From the IMG/VR virus record IMGVR_UViG_2703718812_000010: a stretch of DNA of 43,350 nucleotides, one strand, 5' to 3'. The position numbers and the translations under genes are program-made. Under the pieces are notes generated by a model that did no database searches, was not told where the DNA came from, and was given only the letters and a program-made list of their open reading frames with translations. Below, piece by piece: positions 1-9,327 of this stretch (the first letter of the stretch is position 1; each line of letters opens with the position of its first letter). Origin of the DNA: a virus (taxonomy: Duplodnaviria; Heunggongvirae; Uroviricota; Caudoviricetes).

Positions 1-142
1 AACAAACCTGAATCATGCCGCAATGAGCACGCTTCTTGGTGAGAGGATTATGGACCGCATGACCATGAACGGTGGTCGGTGGGTGACGTTTAACTGGGAT
101 AGCTGGCGTCCAAATGTCAGCAATCAGAGGGTTGTAAAGTAA
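1..142 (+). CDS. 3' end of an unidentified gene (partial, runs off window start)
   Basis: Open frame from window start to TAA at 140-142, read directly from sequence; no recognisable motif. Confidence 0.25.
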   Translation, partial: TNLNHAAMSTLLGERIMDRMTMNGGRWVTFNWDSWRPNVSNQRVVK

Positions 143-145
143 TTT

Positions 146-880
146 TTGTTGGAGGACGTTTTAATGGAAACTGTATTTGACGCACTGAAAGCACTGAAAA
201 AAGCCTCTTCACAGGTAGTGGCATCGCGCCTTGGAATCAGCCGCGAAGATGCTGTCAACGAACTGTGGAAACTGAAGCGCCGTGGTGAAGCGGATAACAA
301 GGGTTCGATGTGGTGGCTGATTCAGGCTGGTGAAAGTGAACCAGTGTCACCGGTACCGAAAGTGACAGCGCAAATGCTGACTGAGGCGATTGAACATCAT
401 GGCCCACAAACGGCGGATGAGCTGGCACTGATGTTCGGGATTACCTCCCGCCGGGCGAATTCATCACTGGCCATGGCAATCAGCAAAGGGCGTCTGATTC
501 GCGTGAATCAGGGCGGTAAATTTCGGTACTGCATACCGGGCGCTGATTTACCGGCAGAGCCGAAAGCCGCATCCATAGCGGAAACGGATGGTAAAGCCTT
601 TCCTCAGCCAGCAGGTGTTGCGTTACCAGTCGGGGAAGCGGAAACACAGGAAGAAATAAAAACGGAAAGTGTGGCGGTCACAGTGCAGTCACAGCCGTCG
701 TTCACCAGAAAGCATCCGGATGGTCTGATTTTACCATCGCTGCATGTGGCTAACCGCGAGCTGCGCCGGGCAAAAGGTCAGGTTCAGAAGTGGGAGCGAG
801 TCTGCGCCGCGCTGCGGGAGCTGAACAAGTGCCGGGATATTCTCCGGGATATTACCGCCACCAGAGAACAGCAGCGGTGA
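146..880 (+). CDS. hypothetical prophage protein, 244 aa
   Basis: Long ORF in ORF track; no motif recognised; start may be an internal Met. Context: cluster of small prophage-type genes. Confidence 0.45.
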   Translation: MLEDVLMETVFDALKALKKASSQVVASRLGISREDAVNELWKLKRRGEADNKGSMWWLIQAGESEPVSPVPKVTAQMLTEAIEHHGPQTADELALMFGITSRRANSSLAMAISKGRLIRVNQGGKFRYCIPGADLPAEPKAASIAETDGKAFPQPAGVALPVGEAETQEEIKTESVAVTVQSQPSFTRKHPDGLILPSLHVANRELRRAKGQVQKWERVCAALRELNKCRDILRDITATREQQR

Positions 881-912
881 GTGGGTGGAAGACGTGGTGC
901 CGGGCGGAAATC

Positions 913-1194
913 ATGATACTCCGGCAGTGTGCGGGAACGAGGAAGGTAAAAAGCGTTGGCGCACTTATCGGACGAACTGAAGCGGCAGTGAGAACGAAGG
1001 CACGGGAGCTGGGCATCAGCATGATGTTACGTGGTGATTTTCACCCGTCGGCAAAATATTCTCAGCGTGATATTGAGCTGGCGCGGCAACTGCATCAGAG
1101 AGGCATGCAAAGAAGGGAAATTGCCAGAAAATTAGGCATGCCGCTGCGCATAGTGAATAACTACGTTTATTTCGACAGGAGGGTGTCTGCGTGA
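913..1194 (+). CDS. hypothetical HTH-repeat protein (start moved to internal ATG of ORF 790..1194)
   Basis: ORF 790..1194 overlaps the previous gene; internal ATG at 913 gives a 93 aa product with repeated motifs of the form (I/V)A/G..LG.S and RREIARKLGM resembling helix-turn-helix units. Confidence 0.35.
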   Translation: MILRQCAGTRKVKSVGALIGRTEAAVRTKARELGISMMLRGDFHPSAKYSQRDIELARQLHQRGMQRREIARKLGMPLRIVNNYVYFDRRVSA

Positions 1195-1418
1195 AAATCC
1201 TGTATCAGGATTACGGCCCGGTGGGGCAGGTGGTTATCAGCAGTACTGTAATGGAGTTTCGGAAGCATAACCGTGTGGTGGATGCTGTGCTGTTAACCTG
1301 TCCGGGGATATCGGCGAGTCGTGCAGGTGTGTTTATTATGAAGACTAAATTATATGGCAGTAAGGCGTGGATAAAGAAGGCGTATCGTGTAGCGTTGCAG
1401 GAGGTTAACAGTGAGTAA
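1191..1418 (+). CDS. hypothetical protein, 75 aa
   Basis: ORF overlapping stop of the upstream gene by 4 nt (translational coupling pattern). Confidence 0.35.
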   Translation: MKILYQDYGPVGQVVISSTVMEFRKHNRVVDAVLLTCPGISASRAGVFIMKTKLYGSKAWIKKAYRVALQEVNSE

Positions 1419-1722
1419 AATTAAAGAAATGCCGGTAGTTCGTGACGGATATGGCTACTGGACACATCCTGAATATGAAAAATTCTGTGATGGTCGGGAA
1501 TATATTTCAACGGAAGAGTTTAACGCCTGGATGGAGGAAAATAATCTTCAATACGTCCTCTGCTTCAGAGATGAAGGATGTGCTGACCTTGATGCGTGTG
1601 ATGCTGATATTTCTGCATGGGAACCGGAACGACCAGAGGGCGATGGCTGGTTTATTGGTTCCATTCATGATACGGAAGATGGCCCGGTTTGTGTCTGGTT
1701 GCGAAATAAGGCTGAAGCATAA
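1411..1722 (+). CDS. hypothetical prophage protein, 103 aa
   Basis: ORF in operon-like arrangement with flanking small genes; acidic, Cys-containing; no confident family assignment. Confidence 0.4.
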   Translation: MSKIKEMPVVRDGYGYWTHPEYEKFCDGREYISTEEFNAWMEENNLQYVLCFRDEGCADLDACDADISAWEPERPEGDGWFIGSIHDTEDGPVCVWLRNKAEA

Positions 1723-1849
1723 AGGCGATAAACCAACTAACAACTAAATACTGAAGATTTAAATCAGAAACGATTTTTATTAAATCCTTAACCGGAGGGA
1801 TTCCTGCACCCTCAGAACATCAGGAGGCCGCCCGAAAGGGCGGTAAGAA

Positions 1850-2068
1850 ATGAAACATTATTTAGAAAAAAATTACCCACGAAAGAGCAGAACAACAGAG
1901 TTTCTGTTTTTCATTCTGTTTATAGTGTTGATGATACCGATATCCCCGCTATTACTGGTCTGGATAATTGGAAGGACATTTGAACCAGTTATTGAGCTAT
2001 ATACCGATGTGACATGGGAATCATTCAGCGCACTGCACAATAAAATTAATCCGTATAAGGAAAACTGA
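1850..2068 (+). CDS. small membrane protein, 72 aa
   Basis: Hydrophobic stretch FLFFILFIVLMIPISPLLLVWIIG predicted as a TM helix; preceded by AGGAGG and a GNRA-loop hairpin. Confidence 0.4.
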   Translation: MKHYLEKNYPRKSRTTEFLFFILFIVLMIPISPLLLVWIIGRTFEPVIELYTDVTWESFSALHNKINPYKEN

Positions 2069-2069
2069 T

Positions 2070-2627
2070 ATGAGCACTATTACCAGAGAACGCGCGGAGA
2101 TTAAATCATACATCACAGGCTTCCTGAGCGACTCGGCGCACGATAACAAGTCTTCAGACAGCCTGCTGGCTAATGTGTTTCGTATCGCGCTGGCATCACT
2201 GGAAGCAGAGCCGATAGCAATGGTAGTGCCTGATGAAATGGATTTGCTTACCTGCCATCTCGACGGTGTAACTAAAACATATGCTGATGGCTGGAACGCC
2301 TGCCGCGTCGCCATGCTTCAGGCCGGAAACTTTCGGGAAAATAAGAATTCGTCAACCAACAATTTTCGGGAAATCTCGGAAACGTCAACCAGATCTCCGA
2401 TAACTCTGGATGGCTGGATAAGCTGTACTGAGCGAATGCCTGAAAAGAGCCAGAACGTGCTTATTTCGATGAATATCGATAGCGAGGCTGGGCCATTAAT
2501 ATATTCCGCACGCTATCTCGGAGGCACGTTCCGGCGCGGAGGTATAGCAGTTAGTCCGGGTAATGATCTTAGGCAAGCAACCCACTGGATGTCGCTACCA
2601 GAACCGCCGCAGGAGGTGAATCAATGA
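2070..2627 (+). CDS. hypothetical prophage protein, 185 aa (C-terminal WISCTERMPE region reminiscent of DUF551-type prophage proteins)
   Basis: ORF starts 1 nt after the previous stop; family resemblance is from memory only and was not searched. Confidence 0.45.
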   Translation: MSTITRERAEIKSYITGFLSDSAHDNKSSDSLLANVFRIALASLEAEPIAMVVPDEMDLLTCHLDGVTKTYADGWNACRVAMLQAGNFRENKNSSTNNFREISETSTRSPITLDGWISCTERMPEKSQNVLISMNIDSEAGPLIYSARYLGGTFRRGGIAVSPGNDLRQATHWMSLPEPPQEVNQ

Positions 2628-2917
2628 CCTGGCCTGAAGCATTCACAACGGTAGGAATTGCGATGGCGGTGGCGCTGGTGGTGTATTCGATTTGCCGCTG
2701 GGGATAAAAACGGTTTGCGGGAAAAGGATAGTTAAGTAGAATTGCAGCGGGTGCTTGAGGCTATCTGCCTCGGGCATGAACACCAACGGCAGATAGAGAA
2801 AAGCCCCAGTTAACATTACGCGTCCTGCAAGACGCTTAACATTAATCTGAGGCTCAATCCATGCTGAACACATGTAGGTTAGCCTCTTACGTGCCGAAAG
2901 GCAAGGAGAAGCAGGCT

Positions 2918-3073
2918 ATGAAGCAGCAAAAGGCGATGTTAATCGCCCTGATCGTCATCTGTTTAACCGTCATAGTGACGGCACTGGTAACGAGGAAAGA
3001 CCTCTGCGAGGTGCGAATCCGAACCGGTCAGACGGAGGTCGCTGTCTTCGTAGACTACGAATCTGAGAAGTAA
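2918..3073 (+). CDS. hokD: Hok/Gef family type I toxin (HokD/RelF-like), 51 aa
   Basis: Translation MKQQKAMLIALIVICLTVIVTALVTRKDLCEVRIRTGQTEVAVFVDYESEK has the Hok architecture: one TM helix followed by the conserved RK.LCE.R....EVA.F..YE periplasmic tail. AGGAGA sits 8 nt upstream of the ATG at 2918. The ORF-track start at 2861 is an in-frame upstream extension. Confidence 0.75.
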   Translation: MKQQKAMLIALIVICLTVIVTALVTRKDLCEVRIRTGQTEVAVFVDYESEK

Positions 3074-3080
3074 GAGACCA

Positions 3081-3103
3081 GGCGGGGGAGTAATCTCCCG
3101 CCA
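3081..3103 (+). other. 3' stem-loop of the hok transcript (GGCGGGGGA / TCTCCCGCC)
   Basis: Imperfect 8-9 bp inverted repeat immediately after the hok stop; no T-tract follows, so more likely an mRNA-stabilising end structure than an intrinsic terminator. Confidence 0.35.
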
Positions 3104-3192
3104 CCTCTGATGTGTCAGGCATCCTCAACGCACCCGCGCTTTACCATACTGAAAATGCTGTTTGAATGTTCATCTCTGAAAGAGGACTATGA

Positions 3193-3537
3193 ATGAAAAA
3201 GGTATTGATTGCAGCACTTATTTCCGGTGTGTCTTTTGGCGCTTTTGCACAGCAGGGTGGTTTCCAGGGGCCAGAAGCAGAGCGTTCAACAGTAGCGCAG
3301 GCAAAAGAACTGAAGGATGATGCATGGGTTATCCTTGAAGGGAGCATCGTTAAAAAAGTGGGTGATGAACGTTATGAGTTTCGTGACAATAGCGGGACAA
3401 TTGTCACGGATATTGATGACAGCGTATGGGCCGGGCAGAATGTTTCTCCGAAAGACAAAGTAAGAATTGAGGGTGAAATTGATAAAGACCTGAGCAGTGT
3501 TGAAGTTGATGTAAAGGCACTGAAATTATTAAAGTAA
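3193..3537 (+). CDS. YgiW/YdeI-family periplasmic OB-fold (BOF) protein, 114 aa
   Basis: N-terminal signal peptide MKKVLIAALISGVSFGAFA; remaining sequence resembles the BOF stress-protein family. Confidence 0.65.
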   Translation: MKKVLIAALISGVSFGAFAQQGGFQGPEAERSTVAQAKELKDDAWVILEGSIVKKVGDERYEFRDNSGTIVTDIDDSVWAGQNVSPKDKVRIEGEIDKDLSSVEVDVKALKLLK

Positions 3538-3546
3538 CCGCCCCTG

Positions 3547-3573
3547 CTTGTTAAGCCCGTCTTACTGACGGGT
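3547..3573 (+). terminator. intrinsic terminator after the YgiW-like gene
   Basis: Stem CCCGTC (3547-3552) / GACGGG (3558-3563) followed by TTTTCTGTTT. Confidence 0.55.
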
Positions 3574-3658
3574 TTTCTGTTTGTACATTCCGGCGTATTG
3601 CCTTACAATTCGCGCAGTCAGCCTGAACAACTGACACCTGCTGTCACCGGAGAATCCG

Positions 3659-3862
3659 ATGACACAACACATAAAATCCCACAATTCTGAAGCCGACCCG
3701 GAAATTAAGCAGGGGAGGCGTTTTCGTGCGCCTCAGTATGGCTGGTTTCACTATCTGTTCTGTACGATCGATGAGGCAGATATGTGTAACCAGGTGAATC
3801 ATTTGATACCGACAAGGGTTTTAGTGAAAGGAGGTGAAATCACCTGTAAGATGCTGAAATAA
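3659..3862 (+). CDS. hypothetical protein, 67 aa; ends 10 bp before the prophage left terminus
   Basis: ORF only; could be an intact small gene or the remnant of a gene disrupted by the insertion. Confidence 0.3.
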   Translation: MTQHIKSHNSEADPEIKQGRRFRAPQYGWFHYLFCTIDEADMCNQVNHLIPTRVLVKGGEITCKMLK

Positions 3863-3871
3863 AACAGGTGA

Positions 3872-3975
3872 TGTATACTTCGGACGGAAAACTCTTTTTG
3901 ATACCGACTGCTCAACAAATAGTCAAAAGATCAAAAAACGGCGACACATTTGATACTGCTAATTTACCCTTAAAA
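3872..3975 (+). repeat. left end (attL-like) with putative transposase-binding repeats
   Basis: TGTATACTTCGGACGGAAAACTCTTTTTGATACCGA..., with further TTTGATAC-type copies downstream; an inverted counterpart is found at the right end. Confidence 0.5.
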
Positions 3976-4140
3976 TCTTCTTCAAAACATCTTCAAACTG
4001 CCAAAATGCTCACATAATCGATCTAACTATAATCAGTATGATAATCATCATGAATTACTATTCAATAGCGTGATTATCTTGGGATGAGTCATATGATCTC
4101 TATATGTATTTACAGCACCACCTCATGATAGCGATGGCGC

Positions 4141-4752
4141 TTAACCAACAACATTTTTCTTTACTGTCACTGCCCCTGATTCCTGGGTGGCGTTATTGCT
4201 CGAGTTGTACTTCTCAATAACGCGCAAAATCTCTTTGTCTGTTTCTTCACTTCCCGCCATTCCTATCTTTATTGCATTTTTTAGTACGGGACGTAATGGC
4301 AAGGCATCAATGATGCTTTCTACCGCATCCTGGCTGATTGTAGATGTATTCATTGCTGCCAGCCTGACAAGGTTGTTAGTACCTTCTCGCCTGATGAATG
4401 TAAGGATTAATTGCTTCTCTTGGGGGCTTAGAGAGCTAAGCGCCTGATCAATACCCGAACCTGAATCGCAATTGTTTTCGATTTTTCCGCATTCATCTTC
4501 GTTCTTGCCTGTGGCCAACCATTCGAGTGAACAATTACAGGCTTTAGCTATTAAGGCCAGTTTATCCAAAGGAGGGAAGTTTTTCCCCTTCCTGTAATTT
4601 CTTACTGTGGCTTCAGATAGTCCACAAAGGGTCGCCAGTTCGACGTTTGTCATGTTTCCCATAGCCATAGCTAAGCGTTCTGAAAATCGGTTTATTCCTT
4701 CCATATCAATAAACCGTTCCGCACTGGATACGGTTTTTTCTGCCTTATCCAT
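4141..4752 (-). CDS. prophage repressor, XRE-family HTH (c-gene position)
   Basis: Leftward gene divergent from ner-A-B; HTH_XRE-like segment MTNVELATLCGLSEATVRNYRKGKNFPPLDKLALIAKACNCSLEWL; 3' end about 270 bp from the left terminus, as for Mu c. Confidence 0.7.
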   Translation of the reverse strand: MDKAEKTVSSAERFIDMEGINRFSERLAMAMGNMTNVELATLCGLSEATVRNYRKGKNFPPLDKLALIAKACNCSLEWLATGKNEDECGKIENNCDSGSGIDQALSSLSPQEKQLILTFIRREGTNNLVRLAAMNTSTISQDAVESIIDALPLRPVLKNAIKIGMAGSEETDKEILRVIEKYNSSNNATQESGAVTVKKNVVG

Positions 4753-4908
4753 ATAACCCCCTATAAAACAAAGAAATTATCAACATCGCATTTAATTTCG
4801 ATGTGCTCGCAAAAAACCGTTGATATCGAATTATTTTGCGATTATGATTTACCTAAATCGATAACCGGTTTTGATTATCGGTTCAGGTAAACATGAGAGG
4901 ATCACACA
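4753..4908. promoter_or_regulatory. divergent immunity control region: early promoter plus dyad operators
   Basis: Rightward sigma70-like promoter, -35 TTGATA (4820-4825) and -10 TATGAT (4844-4849) with an 18 bp spacer; two ATCG-N10-CGAT dyads (4785-4802, 4825-4842), the second inside the promoter spacer; a third dyad CGATAA-N10-TTATCG (4859-4880). Confidence 0.5.
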
Positions 4909-5175
4909 ATGAGGGTATCCAGACAAGCATCGAATAATTTGTTTGTTCGAGAGGGGTGTGACTGGTCTGCTAAAGCGGTATATGCAGCCCTTGAAAACAA
5001 AGGCACAGACCTCCCTGAACTGGAAAGGGAGTTAGGATTAAAAAGCGGATCAATGCGCAATGTGTTTTACCGCCAGTGCCGTAAATACGAAGCCGCCATC
5101 GCCGAAAAAATAGGGGTTGAACCTGCTGTAATCTGGCCCAGCAGATACCAGGTGGACGCCAGAGAAGTGGCTTGA
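4909..5175 (+). CDS. ner: Ner-like DNA-binding early regulator
   Basis: 88 aa ORF directly upstream of the transposase, matching Mu ner in position, size and Ner/Nlp-like sequence. Confidence 0.7.
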   Translation: MRVSRQASNNLFVREGCDWSAKAVYAALENKGTDLPELERELGLKSGSMRNVFYRQCRKYEAAIAEKIGVEPAVIWPSRYQVDAREVA

Positions 5176-5185
5176 TGGGGGATGT

Positions 5186-7276
5186 ATGTGGGTAACAGCA
5201 AAAGAATGTGTTGGTCTTCCTGATTTACCAATGATGGAACATAACATTCGCCATCGACTCACAAAAGCAGCTGCGGGAAATGCAGCCATGTTACGCAAAC
5301 GTAAGGGGACAAAAGCAATCGAATTTAATATCGATTGTTTGCCTTCTGGCGCGCAACAAGTATTGCGTGAACGTTATGCCCTTCAACTGATGACGCAAAA
5401 AGCTGATGAATCACCGGCTCCGGTGGTGACAAAGGCCAGACGCTCGCCTGCCGTGGTTGATGCGGTGGAGGCATATCGCGGATCACCACAACTGATGGTT
5501 GAACGCCTTAATGCCCTGACTGAAAACCAGCGCCAGGTGGCTGATGCACGAATCGCGATCGTCAGCGAAGTGATGAAAGTCGCGCAACAACCCGGTTTCA
5601 GCTGTGCGAAAGCTATCCGGTTTATCGTTGACAACCTGGCACGTTCGCAACTGGACGAGCGCATTGTGGCAATGGTTGAGACGGCGAACGCCAAAAAGGG
5701 AAACAGCCGTGCGTTGAGTGAAATAACGCTGAAACGCTGGATTGCGGCCTTTAACAAGGCGCAGAACGCCGCTGAACGCCTGCTTTTACTGGCACCGGGT
5801 AAGCGCCAGGAAATAAAAGCCGAAGATATTAACTGGCTGCCCGAATTTCTGGCGCAGTATCGCCAGTCAAACGGCCGACCAATGACCGAGGCTTACGAGG
5901 ATTTTGTCGCTGAATGGCAGCACCGGCACGCTGATGAGCCTTATATGCTCGATATCATGCCGTCTTATGACACCATTCGCCGCGCAATGAAGAAACTGCC
6001 GGAAGTGGTGAAACAAAAAGGCCGGGTGACCGGCAGTGAATACCGCCAGCTTGAGGGATTCACGCGCCGCGACTGGTCCAGAATGCCGGTGAATTATGTC
6101 TGGATTGGTGACGGTCACGGCATGAAGCTGAAATGCGCACACCCGGTTCACGGTCGGCCATTTGCACCGGAAGTGACCTTTGTTATCGACGGTGGCACGC
6201 GCTTTGTGGTGGGCTGGAGCCTTGACCTGGCTGAAAATGTTTTCGCCGTAGCCGGTGCCATACAGCACGGCATTCGCCATCACGGCAAACCGTTTCTGTA
6301 TTACTCGGATAACGGCTCCGGGGAAACCGCCGACATCCTGGATAAGGAGGTTGTGGGGATACTGCCGCGACTGGGGATTAATCACCCGACCGGGATTGCC
6401 GGTAATCCGCAGGGACGAGGCATTATCGAACGGCTTAACCGCACATTACCGATGCGCATAGCCCGTAAATACCGCACCTATTTCGGGAAAGGTGCAGATC
6501 GCGAGACGTTACGCAAAACCAACCGCGATTTACGCTCGGCATTTACTGCCCTGCAACAGGGCAAACGGCTGAACGCCCGGCAGCAGTCAGCGATGCGTGA
6601 TTTACCGTCCTGGTCTGAACTGATTGATGCCATTCGTGACGGTGTTGAGTGGTACAACAACCGGCCGCACGATGAATTACCGGTGAAGCCGAACGGCAAG
6701 CATTACAGCCCGGCGGAGTTCAGAAAAAAACGCCTGGCGGAAGAGGACACGGAAATTGAATGGCTGTCCGATGTTGAGCTGCGGGATATGTTCCGGCCGA
6801 TGGTGGAACGCCCTGTAAGACGCTGTGAAATACGCTGGCTGAATAATATTTACTACGCGCCCGAGCTGCGTGACGAGCATGGTCGTAAGGTGCTTATCAG
6901 CTATGACATTCATGATGCCGAACGAATTACCGTACGTCGCCTGGATGGCAGCGTGATTTGCGAGGCGGTATGGGACGGTAATAAACGCGAAGCCTTCCCG
7001 GTTAGCGCGGAATACTACAAACAGCAGCAACGCCTTAAAGGCATGCGTAAACGCGCAGAGGAAAAAATCCGTGATGCCGAGGATGAGGTTGTCAACGTGC
7101 TGGAGCACAAGCCGCAGGAGCCCTGGCTGGAAAACATATACCGCCCTGTGGGTAATACGGTGACCGTTCAGCAACCGGTCGCTGACGATGAACCTGATGA
7201 AGAATACGAGCGTAATTTCCAGCGGGGATTGCAGTTGCTGGAAGCGAAATTAAAAGAAAATGACCCGCTGGCCTGA
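5186..7276 (+). CDS. Mu-type DDE transposase (MuA-like), 696 aa
   Basis: N-terminal end-binding-like domain; candidate catalytic triad in WIGDGH / YSDNGS / GIIERLN blocks; size and position match MuA. Confidence 0.9.
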   Translation: MWVTAKECVGLPDLPMMEHNIRHRLTKAAAGNAAMLRKRKGTKAIEFNIDCLPSGAQQVLRERYALQLMTQKADESPAPVVTKARRSPAVVDAVEAYRGSPQLMVERLNALTENQRQVADARIAIVSEVMKVAQQPGFSCAKAIRFIVDNLARSQLDERIVAMVETANAKKGNSRALSEITLKRWIAAFNKAQNAAERLLLLAPGKRQEIKAEDINWLPEFLAQYRQSNGRPMTEAYEDFVAEWQHRHADEPYMLDIMPSYDTIRRAMKKLPEVVKQKGRVTGSEYRQLEGFTRRDWSRMPVNYVWIGDGHGMKLKCAHPVHGRPFAPEVTFVIDGGTRFVVGWSLDLAENVFAVAGAIQHGIRHHGKPFLYYSDNGSGETADILDKEVVGILPRLGINHPTGIAGNPQGRGIIERLNRTLPMRIARKYRTYFGKGADRETLRKTNRDLRSAFTALQQGKRLNARQQSAMRDLPSWSELIDAIRDGVEWYNNRPHDELPVKPNGKHYSPAEFRKKRLAEEDTEIEWLSDVELRDMFRPMVERPVRRCEIRWLNNIYYAPELRDEHGRKVLISYDIHDAERITVRRLDGSVICEAVWDGNKREAFPVSAEYYKQQQRLKGMRKRAEEKIRDAEDEVVNVLEHKPQEPWLENIYRPVGNTVTVQQPVADDEPDEEYERNFQRGLQLLEAKLKENDPLA

Positions 7277-7347
7277 AATAAAAAAATAACCCGAGCGGCG
7301 ACTCAGGTTATTTGATTAAACAAGGTATCAAATGAGAGGTTAATAAT

Positions 7348-8280
7348 ATGACTGATATTAACGATGTAATCAAGACCATTGATGAACTTATTGATGGCGG
7401 CGTACTGACGCAGTATGCCATCGCCAGAGAGGCGGGAATTTCCGACGGCACATTATCGGCTTTCCGTAAGGGAAAATATAAAGGCGATAACGCTGCTGTG
7501 GCTGCTTCCCTGCGTTCCTGGTATGAGAACTGGAATAAACAAAGCGCACTGCCGGAACCGCCGCAGTTTGTGGAAACGCAGACAGTCCAGGAGCTGCGCG
7601 CACTGTTTCAGGCGGTTCGTCTGATGGGCTGTATTAACGTTATTGTGGGCGTACCGGGTGTGGGTAAAACGGCCACTGCCCGTAATTACTGCCAGGAGCA
7701 ACCAAACACCTGGATGATCACCCTGTCACCCGCGCACTCCAGCGTCACGGAGTGTCTGCTGGAGCTGGCCGATGCGCTGGGGATTGATTACACCCGCGCG
7801 AACAAAGGGGCATTATCCCGCGCCATCCGCCGTCGCCTGATGGGAACGCGTGGACTGGTTATTGTGGATGAGGCGGATCATCTTGGTATTGACGGTCTGG
7901 AGCAACTCCGGGCAATTCAGGACGCCACGGGGATCGGGATGGTGCTTATTGGTAACCCGCGCGGATTGTTTAAAGGTGGACGCCGCACCTTTGATGATTT
8001 ATCGCGCCTGTTCAGCCGTCTTGCCCGTACAAAACAACTTCGCAAGGCCAAAAAGGCGGATGTGCTGGCCATTGCCAGGGCGTGGGGGATCAGTGGTGAG
8101 GCCGAGCTGGCCGTCATGCAGGCTATCGCTGAAAAGCCGGGAGCGTTACGCGTTCTGACACATACGCTTAACCAGGCGTGGCTCACCGCCAGCGGTGAAG
8201 GCGCGGCGCTGACAGAAAAACATATTAATGCGGCCTTTAAAGAGGTTTATACCAACCCTGAATTACTCTCACAGGTGTGA
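7348..8280 (+). CDS. MuB-like AAA+ ATPase, transposition target-DNA activator
   Basis: Walker A GVPGVGKT and Walker B LVIVDEADHL; 310 aa; immediately downstream of the transposase. Confidence 0.9.
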   Translation: MTDINDVIKTIDELIDGGVLTQYAIAREAGISDGTLSAFRKGKYKGDNAAVAASLRSWYENWNKQSALPEPPQFVETQTVQELRALFQAVRLMGCINVIVGVPGVGKTATARNYCQEQPNTWMITLSPAHSSVTECLLELADALGIDYTRANKGALSRAIRRRLMGTRGLVIVDEADHLGIDGLEQLRAIQDATGIGMVLIGNPRGLFKGGRRTFDDLSRLFSRLARTKQLRKAKKADVLAIARAWGISGEAELAVMQAIAEKPGALRVLTHTLNQAWLTASGEGAALTEKHINAAFKEVYTNPELLSQV

Positions 8281-8504
8281 TTATGGCGGTATTTAATATT
8301 CCTGATATTTACGGACGCTTTTACCTGGTTAATTTCGATAACGTGAAGGTGATTTCACTGGCCGAAAATAAAGAATGTGGCGATTTACTTTTTGAATTTA
8401 ATGACCGCACACGAATGGTGATATCTGCCGGACTTGATCGAGAAGGTGCGACAGACGTTTACAGCGGAATATGCCGTTCTGTTGGTGCGAAACAAGTCAG
8501 CTAA
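8277..8504 (+). CDS. hypothetical early protein, 75 aa
   Basis: Start overlaps the B stop; first gene of the accessory early operon. Confidence 0.45.
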   Translation: MIMAVFNIPDIYGRFYLVNFDNVKVISLAENKECGDLLFEFNDRTRMVISAGLDREGATDVYSGICRSVGAKQVS

Positions 8505-8771
8505 ATGAGGTGTTATATGAATATGCAATCCTGCGGTAACAAAATGAATTTATTCGACTCCCTGAACAGCGCGCGCCGTCTGACCGAACTTGCCGGTGCG
8601 GTACTGGAACGCAGTAAGCGCTATCCGCAACGTTTTGCACTGAAAACCACGCCGCCGGTAGGCAACGTGCAGGGAACCGGTGAAATTGAAATCACCATAC
8701 AGACCAACGGCCTGCGCCGCCGTGTGAAGGCCACCCGCATCAGCGGCTGCACGGTTTACTGGGAGGTGTGA
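8505..8771 (+). CDS. hypothetical early protein, 88 aa or shorter
   Basis: Tightly packed ORF; several possible in-frame starts. Confidence 0.4.
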   Translation: MRCYMNMQSCGNKMNLFDSLNSARRLTELAGAVLERSKRYPQRFALKTTPPVGNVQGTGEIEITIQTNGLRRRVKATRISGCTVYWEV

Positions 8772-8772
8772 G

Positions 8773-9054
8773 GTGAAAAAAAATCTCATTGCATGGGCGT
8801 GGTCGAGTGGTCTTATTGAGTTTGGTTACGTCCTGCCGGAAGGTGCATTGCCGATAGTTGCCGGAAAGCCTGCCACGGTACGGCATGTGATTGAGGTTAT
8901 GGCGCGTCATGGACGTGATGAACAGGAGCAGTTACTGGTTCCGGGGATACCGGAAGCGGTGACGGAGGAAGAAGCCTTTAATGCCATGATTCGGTTCTGC
9001 CGTGAGGTCAGACGCCGGGTCAGTTATCCAAACAGAACGAGGACCAGAGGATGA
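8773..9054 (+). CDS. hypothetical early protein, 93 aa
   Basis: ORF 2 nt after the previous stop. Confidence 0.45.
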   Translation: MKKNLIAWAWSSGLIEFGYVLPEGALPIVAGKPATVRHVIEVMARHGRDEQEQLLVPGIPEAVTEEEAFNAMIRFCREVRRRVSYPNRTRTRG

Positions 9055-9323
9055 GTAAAGTCGTACGCATTATTTTCGAATACAAGGAGCACGTTATCCA
9101 TAAAAACGCTGATGGAACAGTGCGCATGGGGGTAAGTCTGGACATACGTTCAACCGGGATAAAGCAGAAGGGTGATGGACCCGCCATGATTTTTGGGGTG
9201 GTTATGCTCGCGGAAAGCAGAGACTTTGCTGAACTTGTGGCAATGAAAGCCAGTGCGCTCATGAAAGATATGAGCATGCGTTCCGGGGTTATTAAAGGTA
9301 ATGAATTTAATCAGCAGGGGTAA
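9051..9323 (+). CDS. hypothetical early protein, 90 aa (paralog A)
   Basis: Begins MSKVVRIIFEYKEH; the next gene begins MSKVRVIFEFKH, indicating a tandem duplication. Confidence 0.5.
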   Translation: MSKVVRIIFEYKEHVIHKNADGTVRMGVSLDIRSTGIKQKGDGPAMIFGVVMLAESRDFAELVAMKASALMKDMSMRSGVIKGNEFNQQG

Positions 9324-9327
9324 TTCC

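Noticed and set aside
2643-2873. 76 aa minus-strand ORF upstream of hok
   Set aside because: It overlaps the hok leader, where an antisense Sok-type RNA is expected; Pro-rich low-complexity translation; more likely non-coding.
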